NCBI GenBank assembly: GCA_951406725.2
Contig: OX597815.1
Location: 118,854,001-118,918,000 of the forward strand
DNA from: Octopus vulgaris
Lineage: Eukaryota
Reading direction: 5' to 3'
Length of the DNA stretch: 64,000 nt
The position numbers were made by a program, and so were the translations under genes. A model generated the notes under the pieces. The model made no database searches. It saw nothing but the letters and a program-made list of their open reading frames with translations, and had not been told where the DNA came from. Shown in pieces: positions 54,846-64,000 of this stretch. The first letter of the stretch is position 1. The number at the start of each line of letters is the position of its first letter.

Positions 54846-55006
54846 ATGTTTTTATGTGCTACTATTAGTTTCATGTGCCGAGAGGGTTTTTAACACGCTT
54901 TTAACACGCTTTCAGTGCCTGATGATTGTGCTAGGACACCAGACGTGTTAAACATACTGTCTGGTATGCTCTCAGCACATGAAACTAATAGCAGCACATA
55001 AAAACA
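54846..55006 (+). ncRNA. Hammerhead-like motif with an inverted partial copy
   Basis: GUGC-CUGAUGA-UUGUGCU...AGCACAU-GAAAC-UAAUA-GCA-GCAC at 54915-54997; the inverted copy at 54846-54884 retains GUA. Confidence 0.6.
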
Positions 55007-55059
55007 TATACTGTATTTATTAGATAGCATACACACACACAACACACACACACACACAC

Positions 55060-55093
<34 letters not shown>

Positions 55094-55369
55094 AGTAATG
55101 CTGCATCTAACTTATAAATATGTAATATTCAATGTTAAACAAAAAACAGACATACACATGAGGCTACACCCATTAACACCCCCACACACGTTTATGCACA
55201 CATAGGCACGCATGGTCACACACATAATCTATCTTCTGCTTTTCCTTGTCTTTCACGCAAAAAGAAAAACAAATATTCAATATATAACATGAATGCTCAT
55301 GCGGTAGGAGCGAAAATTTAAAAGAAAATATTTGAAGCAATTTATGCAACTGCATAGATAAGGAAGTAA

Positions 55370-56495
55370 TCTCTCTATATATAAAGCTGAGAATGTGTGT
55401 CTGTCTGTGTGTTTCCCTAAAACTTGAGAACTACACAACCAATCTCATTCAAAGTTTACACATGCTTTACTTAGGGTCCGGAGAGTGTCATCGGCAAAAA
55501 AAATTTAACTTTTTGCCTAGGGCGAGCCCACAGCAATATCATATCTTCTCCACTACGATTCCCTAAAACTTGAGAACTACACAACCAATTCCATTCAAAT
55601 TTTACACATGCCTTACTTAGGATCCATGTAGTTTCATGGGGAAAAAATGTTCAACTTCTTGCCTAGAGCGAGCCCAAGGCAATATCATATCTTCTCCACT
55701 ATTTCAGTATTATGTGTTAAAAGTGAAACAAAAACATTTCTCTATTTTATGTCAGATACTTTCACTTTAACAATAAAAATAATAATAACAATTGAATTAT
55801 ATGTAGTAAGTAATAATTAAAATCAAACTAAAGTATAATATAATCGTAACATAACAAAAGTAAAAATAGCAATTGGTATAAAATTGCATCAATGACTTGA
55901 ACTTGAATAAGTGGTTTCACATGAATGGGAATAAATTAAAAATAAAATTAGCATGCAGAAATGGAATAGTCCAAGTATACAATGCAGAGAAAAAAGAAGA
56001 TTTGAACACCTGCAGGAAAGCACCATCGAAAAGTGTCTTGGTGCGACTATGAAAGATATCTAACCAAAGGCGGTAAATTCGCCACAATAGAAGCAAGGTT
56101 CGAGTCAACGGAGCGTGCAAGGGAGTACTCGACTCGAACTTGCAAAGTGGAAATATTTTATTTTTACCTTTATATCTGGGACGTAGGACGCGCCGGATAA
56201 AAATTTAAAATGCCCCCCACCCAGAAGTTGAGGTATGCTGGATTGTAGCCACACTTCGATACAAGATGGAGGACAAGATACAATTGATCGAAATTGCAAG
56301 AGACGGGCTTACAATTCCAGTCTGTTATATATTTTGAGTATTGTTATCACTAGCGATATCAAGATATAACTTTGTATTTTGTATTTTATGTGTAGATGTA
56401 TATATATAGATGTACATGTAATATGTACACATATATATACACATATATACATGCACTAGCACTATGACCCGGCAACGACGGGTCTTTAATGCTAG
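55370..56495 (+). mobile_element. Non-autonomous Helitron with internal duplication of about 145 bp
   Basis: A|TC start, hairpin GACCCG-GCAACGA-CGGGTC, CTAG|T end; about 55413-55557 repeated at 55559-55700. Confidence 0.8.
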
Positions 56496-56543
56496 TATTC
56501 AAATAGAAGTTAGTTATTAGTTGAAGACATAGATTTAGTTCTA

Positions 56544-56906
56544 CAGAGTGATTCAAAAGATTCCATACATAGAAAAAATGTATTCTTTTATAAGAAACAG
56601 TTTATAAGACCCCATAGATCCCTGATCTGACCCCTCTTGATTTCTATCTTTGGGGGCATTTGAAAGGCATGGTGTATCGCGGAAAGATAAAAAACACAAA
56701 TAATTTGAAGGAACGCATCACGAACTCCTTTGCATACGTATCGCCAGATGTGCTATTACGAGTTCACAATGAGTGGGGTAAAAGTGTTGCAATGTGTATT
56801 CCAAACAATGGTAACAATATATAGAGCCTGTTAAATTAAAAGAGAAAAACTGTTTCTTATGAATAGATAAATTGTTCCTATGTATGGCGACTTTTGAATC
56901 ACCCTG
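56544..56906 (+). mobile_element. Internally deleted Tc1/mariner element
   Basis: TA TSD, TIR CAGAGTGATTCAAAAG / CTTTTGAATCACCCTG, transposase remnant SPDLTPLDFYLWGHLKGMVY. Confidence 0.88.
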
Positions 56907-56951
56907 TAGTTATAACTAGAAATGACTGGAGCAAACGATAAATATCATTAC

Positions 56952-57181
56952 CTCCATACTGTTGAATTTGACAAACTTGTCATTGTGCCAAATGTATACT
57001 ACTGAATGCAACAAAGTACTGCGCCCATCAAAAGCATGAGATATAATCAAGAACTGATAGTCTTGGACACTGAAAGCTGTTATGTCACGAGCGCCTATTG
57101 TTTTCAAGAGCTGATATTTCTCGAATTTTCTCAGTTTCCGGTTCCAGCGGTAAATGACAGATGTCGTGTGAAGACTGTTTC
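56952..57181 (-). CDS. TSPEAR: TSPEAR-like, internal coding exon
   Basis: Encodes (G)NSLHTTSVIYRWNRKLRKFEKYQLLKTIGARDITAFSVQDYQFLIISHAFDGRSTLLHSVVYIWHNDKFVKFNSME. Acceptor cttacag|GA, donor GAG|gtaatg, 230 nt, phase 1 to 0, compatible with both neighbours. Confidence 0.92.
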
Positions 57182-57349
57182 CTGTAAGACAACATGGATA
57201 CATATAATGATGGTTAATGAGAGTAATAAAATCCCTCATTCCTGATTAGTATTGGTTAATTATAAAGATATAATTTAGAGGTTTAAAATGAATGGGAACG
57301 ATTATCTACAATAGGAATATGGACTGACATGATATGCATTTGATATATG

Positions 57350-57436
<87 letters not shown>

Positions 57437-57699
57437 CATCTATCCATCTCTTTCTCTCTCTCTCTCTTTATACTTACACACATATATATGTAGATATATT
57501 TCTATGTATATATGCATATGTATGTATGCATGTATGTGTGTATGTACGTATGCATACACACACATATATATGTGTGTGCATATATACATTCGTATATGCA
57601 TATAGTACACACATACGTATATATATGTATGTGTGTATGTATGTATGTATGTATGTATGTATGTATGTATGTATGTATGCGTGCATGCATGCATGGATG

Positions 57700-58021
57700 G
57701 ATGTTTCTCTTCGGAAGAAGGAACTGATTTCTAACAAAGATACGAAGCTTCATCATTGGAATGTAGATAACGAAAACTATGTCAAATTTTCAACCCGAGA
57801 AAAGTCCCGGGTTGAATACAAATTGTTTTTTGTAATGTAAAAATAAGTTGGTTGATTTCTTTTTTCGAAAATTCAAGCTTATACAGACTGACAGTTAGGC
57901 ATTTGCTTACAAAGCCTAGTGCTCCAATTATCATTGATATAAATGTAATTTGTAATCCGGGTGTAGATGGAGGTTTCGAAGTTGTTGTCCATCATAGTTA
58001 TCTTCATTCTCTTTGATTTTC
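57700..58021 (-). mobile_element. R4/Dong-like 3' fragment within (TACA)n
   Basis: KIKENEDNY...LRNLHLHPDYK matches 18410-18490; (TATG)n on both flanks. Confidence 0.65.
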
Positions 58022-58110
58022 ATGTATGTATGTGTGTATGTATGTATGTATGTATGTATGTATGTATGTATGTATGTATGTATGTATGTGTGTGTGTGTG
58101 TGTGTGTATG

Positions 58111-58141
<31 letters not shown>

Positions 58142-58609
58142 CACGGTGTGTGTGTGAGTGTGTGTGCAACACGGTGTGTATGTGTATGTGTGTGTGCAAC
58201 ACGGTGTGTGTACGTGAGGCTATACATTAGCAACACGACTATGATTGAGTCTGATCTATTTTATTAAGGATTCTTCCTACTTCCTTAACTTTTTATGATT
58301 AGTTAGGAATAACAACGTTCATTACTATTTCATGATCTCGATCAAATTTTCTGGATGAGGTGATAGTAATAGTGGTATGATATTCGCACGCTTTGCAGTA
58401 TTTCGCAAGCGATCATGGGAATACTGTTATAACTTACGATAAAAGTAACTGGAGTTTAAATTATTCAAAGGTTGACCTCAGGTAGATTCCATATTTATTT
58501 CATAAATGTTATATCTGTGTACTGGTTTTCAGTTTGTATTTTGCTAGTTGTCATAGTGAGTTTTCTCTTTATTTCATGCAGATTTCATGTAATATATTCT
58601 CTTTATAGC

Positions 58610-59225
58610 ATATACAATGTTTTGTAATAAACTCCTTGCCATAAATGCACGAAGAAGCAGTGAAAAAGTGTCCTTCTGCTGTGTCCGATGTAATATTTTG
58701 ACTCATGAAATTAACAACTTCCAAATGCATATGTTCCAAATGTGTGCGCGTTACACACACACACACATACACACACACACGCACACACACACACACACAC
58801 GCACACACATATATATATATAGATATATATATGAACATATACATATATATAAACATATATAAACAGAGCTTTTCGGATCATGCCCACATGTGACTAAATT
58901 TCTGTTACGTTTTTGGTCCCCTAAAGAAAACGGATAGACCATGCTTTCTGTGTTATGTCCCAAGAAGATTTTATATATTTTTATATATTTTTATATATTT
59001 TTATGTATTTTTATATAATTTTTATGACGAAAAATGCGAGCGATGTATAAGTACGCAGGCAAAGCAGAGTTATAACAGAGTAATTTCCCTTCATTTTTAA
59101 CGGCATTTTTTCATAACGTTTTCAAATAGCCAGATAACCGAAGAGATGGTGTTGTGGATTTCCAGTTCGGCATCTGAAACTCAGAGTTTTATCTTGACTA
59201 CCGAGTAATGTAACATATTGTATAG
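58610..59225 (+). mobile_element. Penelope-like 3' fragment with hammerhead-like motif
   Basis: TELFGSCPHVTKFLLRFWSP at about 58863-58922; GAUAA-CCGAAGA...GAAAC-UCAGA-GUU-UUAUC at 59133-59193 (sibling of 38181). Confidence 0.7.
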
Positions 59226-59355
59226 ATAAATTTCCTCTATTTACATAATATTGAGGTCTCTTTCTTTCTTTTGTTATCTTACCGTTTTATCAATATATAT
59301 ATATATTAGATATATATACACACATATACATATAAAAATATGCATGTATATATAT

Positions 59356-59402
<47 letters not shown>

Positions 59403-59431
59403 CATATCTATATATATGTGTATATATATGT

Positions 59432-59465
<34 letters not shown>

Positions 59466-61268
59466 TCTGACGATGCATGAAGCAGAGGAAAAGAACGATA
59501 AGCTAGTGATTTCGAAGAAAAATACCTTGTGGTATTTATTTCACTCGGATTACATTAATGCTGCTTTGAATCTGGAATCTTTAATTTTGTAAGTCAAAAC
59601 CGCTGGCGAATAATATTACTGTATTTGAAAACGTTTACCATAGATAATTGCCAGGAATGCATAATATTACTATGCTTGGTAATGTTAACCAGTTAACTTC
59701 AAGGCTATGTCCCCGAACTCTGTTATAAGACTTGCTGTGAGTTTTTACAGCTAAACATCTTTGATGGATTTTTAATTGGCGTTCATAGACAAAATTAATT
59801 GTTTAATTTACATGTCTAATGGTCTTATAAAATGTTCTAGAACATTTTAGCGGGCTTATAAAAACCCATGAGTTTAGCCTTCTACAGGGATTATCTTTGT
59901 ATGGCCTACGTTAATATAAGATCCCTCAGCTTTCCTCTTTTGGCAATTTTATTATTTCTTAAATCATATACAGAGCAAAGAAAATACAACTGTACATTAC
60001 GCATATAAAAATATTTAGTGTTATTACTATACGCTATTGAAGATAATTATTTCTTCTTAACTTTGTTGGTTTTTCTTTCAACATGTATGTTAATTATAAC
60101 ACAATTACAATATTATTGCTGTTAGCTTCACAACCAATTGTCTATGTATTCACTTTGACTGTGGCTTGTCCGAAGTCTCCAAGATCAACGTATATATATT
60201 TCAAAATGAATAATCAAAACGTTTGAAGCTTTTAGCCAGTGATTTATTTTGTAATTGACCGATTTACAATAAAGCAATATCAGGTTTAAAGTTTGGCACT
60301 CGTTTCGTAGATAAAATAATGAGGTAAGCGTATCTATATATGCGTGTGTAAATGTATGTCTGTACACACACACAAAGAAGCAATCACACACACACACACA
60401 CATGCATGTACGTGAACATAAAAGCGTATGTAAATGTGCCCGCGTTCTTATTCGTTAATTTACTCCAATAGAGAAAAAGGCTGTCGTCTCCAGGAAACGT
60501 TTTGCTTTTTTATTGAAATTTAGACGGCGATAATGTATGCAAAGCATTAGAAAAAGAAAACCTCACATGAATATAAATTCTCCTGCTTATTCATTTAATA
60601 TCAGCAGCTGTCAAATTGGGGTTGGTGGTGGTGGTGGTGGGTGACTTTATTTTATTTCTGTCTTACCTTTGACCTTTTGCGTAATAATGTCTTGCAGTTA
60701 TTGTACAAATGTCTATGCTGTAATCAAATGTATCAGTAATTATAGATTGAAAATGGATCATCTAAAAGTAAAAAGAATTGGAAGAAGATGCAACTGTGGA
60801 TTGTGTTTCTCCTTTCCACTGACCTTACCCAGACATTTACACATAAAGAATAACTGATATTTTTTCATGCCTTAATGAGCGGAGAAGAAGCAGTGCCCAT
60901 GACCATTCTCATGGTTTCCAAGACTGGCGAGAGGAAGAGGAAGGAGAAATTATACTCAAACAGAAAATTTGGATGGATTGACACCCTGTAATGGAGCAGA
61001 TTCAGCTAAAGGTATCACATAATATCGTGGTGATATTGTCAAACTGGGAAAGAGGTTCAGTTTTACATTTTATCTCAGAGTTTAATAAATTTTCTATCGC
61101 TAGGTACAGCATTTCCCCATCAAGTTTGACATTATCACCTTCATTCTCATCGGCGTCAATCGGAAATTCGTCATTGTCAGACTCAAGTTCGTTACCGCCA
61201 GTTTCGATTATGTTGTCATCAATTTTAATTTCGTCATTGTCAACTTAAATGTCGTCACTCTTGGATAT

Positions 61269-61344
<76 letters not shown>

Positions 61345-61391
61345 CAATAATAATTCTCTAAATGAGATATAGACAGTAACTGCTCCATAAC

Positions 61392-61566
61392 ATAAGGGAT
61401 TAAAGCCATCTGAATATGGCTAGGGACAGGGCAGGGTGGTGGGGGTGTTACTGTTGCATTTAGCCCCAGGCGAACATCAACGTCGCCAGATAGGCTTGAC
61501 ACCATCACGGCGTCCTCTATCCTGCAAAGGGGCCCTGTCCCTAGCCATATTCAGATGGCTTTAGTC

Positions 61567-61572
<6 letters not shown>
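61392..61572. mobile_element. MITE with 41-bp TIRs next to (TA)n
   Basis: ATAAGGGATTAAAGCCATCTGAATATGGCTAGGGACAGGGC is inverted at 61532-61572 with one mismatch. Confidence 0.75.
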
Positions 61573-61642
<70 letters not shown>

Positions 61643-61652
61643 GCTATAGGCG

Positions 61653-61692
<40 letters not shown>

Positions 61693-61876
61693 CGCAGAGG
61701 ATTGGGTTTGTGGTAAGAAACTTGCTTCCCAACCACATGGTTCGGAGTTCAGTCCCACTGCGTGGCACCTTAGGCATGTGTCTTCTACTATAGCCTGGGC
61801 CGACCAAATCCTTGTGAGTGGATTTGGTAGACAGAAACTGAAAGAAGCGTGTCGTATGTATGTATATATATATATG

Positions 61877-61946
<70 letters not shown>

Positions 61947-62208
61947 TGTGTTTGTCTCGCCACCATCACTTGACAACCGATGTTGGTGTGATCACATCCC
62001 CGTAACTTAGCTTAGGGGTTCAGCAAAGAGACCGATAGTATAAGTACTAGACTTGCAACGAGTAAGTCCTAGGGTTGATTTGTTCGACTAAAGGTGGTGC
62101 TCCAGCATGGCCGCAGTCATGTAAAAGAATAAAAGAATATATATATACTCAACGCATTGAACACTGAGAATATATATATATATATATATATACGCAGTAG
62201 GCTTCCTT

Positions 62209-62263
<55 letters not shown>

Positions 62264-62344
62264 TTATATGATATTAATAGTTTTACATGTATAATCTTAC
62301 GTATTCAGGTACCTACGTAAACAAATACTTGATAGTGAACCAAC

Positions 62345-62534
62345 CTTTGGCATAATTCGCTACAGCTATAAATTTCTTTCCTCGAATATTGAAATATTCA
62401 ATATCAGTAGCGGTCCAAGTCCGAAGTATTTGGAATATTCTGAATTTTTTCCGTTTGGCACTCCAGCGAAATATTGTAGAACTTGTTGCTGAACCATTCA
62501 TAGAGGCTCCATAATTGGCAACAGCCAAGAAAAA
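62345..62534 (-). CDS. TSPEAR: TSPEAR-like EAR-repeat protein, internal coding exon (first in window)
   Basis: Encodes FFLAVANYGASMNGSATSSTIFRWSAKRKKFRIFQILRTWTATDIEYFNIRGKKFIAVANYAK(G), an EAR-repeat pattern. Acceptor ttacag|TTT, donor G|gttggt, 190 nt, phase 0 to 1. Confidence 0.9.
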
Positions 62535-62691
62535 CTGTAATGCAAAAGTAGATACATTATGTAGCATTATATGTCTTAAAAGAATGTATGTAAATAAGCT
62601 TCTCTATCTCTCTTTCGTTTCGTATGCACGTTTATGTTATTATAGTCACTGACGATGTTGTTGCTGTTGTTATTGTTATTATGAATACCTG

Positions 62692-62723
<32 letters not shown>

Positions 62724-62724
<1 letters not shown>

Positions 62725-63235
62725 TAGCAGTATCGCCCGGCGTTGCTCGGGTTTGTAAGGGAAATAACTATATAAGCATTTTTAGAGAGTTACTTCCCTT
62801 ATAGATGCCAATTCGGGCTTTCTTAGCCATTTCTGTTTTGGTGTCTTCAAGCCATGAAGTCGTTGTTCTAAAAGAACGCTGGTCTCCTTGACAACGCTTT
62901 ACGACGTTGATTTCCTTACACTCCCTTCCCCACAGCTTCACGAGGGAGGGAAGAAGGGGGAGAAGCAAACAGGTGCAAGTTTGACCATGGACGCCAACTC
63001 CGCCGCCATCGACACACGAAAAATTATGCATTAAAATGGAATAATAAATGATGTTAAATTATTTTTAAAATCGTAGACTCATCGTAGACGCGCGCTAATA
63101 CTCAGACGGGCTCGATATGAATCACGACTATAAGATACCCGAATTTGGTTAAACTGCACCGCAAAATGTGGGAGTAGTTAGGAATCTAAATCGAAGGGGA
63201 CAGACACTCACACAACTACAGTTTTATATATATAG

Positions 63236-63236
<1 letters not shown>
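62724..63236 (-). mobile_element. Non-autonomous Helitron, same family as 44919
   Basis: Minus-strand TC start, same hairpin and CTAG end, A|T insertion site. Confidence 0.85.
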
Positions 63237-63278
<42 letters not shown>

Positions 63279-63405
63279 CATTTATATATATGTATATATA
63301 TATATAGTTAATCCAAACAAGAAAGCACAAAAAAACACAACAACGCGAGAACATGGAAAAAAATATAGTATTATTGGACGCTCAGGAATGAAGGAAAGAA
63401 GGAAG

Positions 63406-63440
63406 GTTTAACGTTTCGAGCGGAGCTCTTCGTCGGAAAC
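63406..63440 (-). ncRNA. Minimal hammerhead-like motif (PLE repeat), CCGACGA core
   Basis: GUUU-CCGACGA-A-GAGC-UCC-GCUC-GAAAC-GUU-AAAC. Confidence 0.55.
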
Positions 63441-63514
63441 ATAGGAGAAGGAAAGATCCAGAAAAGGGAAGACAGAGGAAAAAAAAATCGGCAACGGTAC
63501 ACACGAGGTCACAT

Positions 63515-63545
<31 letters not shown>

Positions 63546-63548
63546 GTT

Positions 63549-63603
<55 letters not shown>

Positions 63604-63680
63604 CATAAATAAGGGTAAACGTAGTATCTCATTTATCTCATTTATGAGTTAGTATCTCATTTATTTCTTTTGCCACATGT

Positions 63681-63731
63681 ATCACTGACGAAGGGAGGGT
63701 TGTTATAAGTTAACCCTGAAATCGGTCCGAT
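63681..63731 (+). ncRNA. Hammerhead-like motif (PLE repeat)
   Basis: AUCA-CUGACGA-A..AGGGUU...AACCCU-GAAAU-CG-GUC-CGAU; 63601-63621 is an inverted copy of 63855-63875. Confidence 0.55.
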
Positions 63732-64000
63732 ATGGTAATAATGGAATTTTTTAGAAATTTCTGTCGATTTTTTTTCGAGTATCGTGCGTATTGTGAAAAA
63801 ATTACATGGTTAATATGTCCAATTTTTCGGCATATTTGGCATTAGAAATTTTTTCGTTTGCCCTTATTTATGAATTGTTTATAAATTTAACCTTTAAAGG
63901 TATTTTTTAATATGCTGGCCATTGATAAAATTTTTTTGGAAAATAATTTTTTTCGAAAAAAATTTTATCCTACATTAGATATAAATTTAAGTGTTCACTT

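Overview
AT-rich, microsatellite-dense eukaryotic DNA, most likely from an octopus (inferred from the tRNA-derived SINE families, the abundance of (TA)n/(TACA)n/(CA)n and TTAGGG-type telomeric motifs; not confirmed by search). The only host gene I can support is the 3' part of a TSPEAR orthologue (EAR/EPTP repeats) on the minus strand: four coding exons (62534-62345, 57181-56952, 54069-53882, 48847-48589) with GT-AG introns in matching phase, giving 288 aa plus stop; the 5' exons lie beyond the window. The rest is repeats: SINEs, decayed LINEs (Tx1, CR1-group, RTE, R4/Dong-like, CRE), a solo LTR, Helitrons, hAT, Tc1/mariner and other MITEs, and many Penelope-like (PLE) fragments. Most ORFs in the track are microsatellite artefacts. 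Most notable: (1) a fold-back transposon group with long GG-initiated TIRs, 8-bp TSDs and a telomere-repeat core of variable length; (2) a PLE GIY-YIG endonuclease whose two signature motifs are separated by about 198 in-frame Ser/Asn/Thr-rich codons, in a frame the ORF track missed; (3) about ten hammerhead-ribozyme-like motifs in PLE terminal repeats, often in palindromic arrangements, some in TSPEAR introns and several with a CCGANGA core; (4) several small fold-back/template-switch scars. Coordinates were read by eye; repeat boundaries may be off by a few bases.
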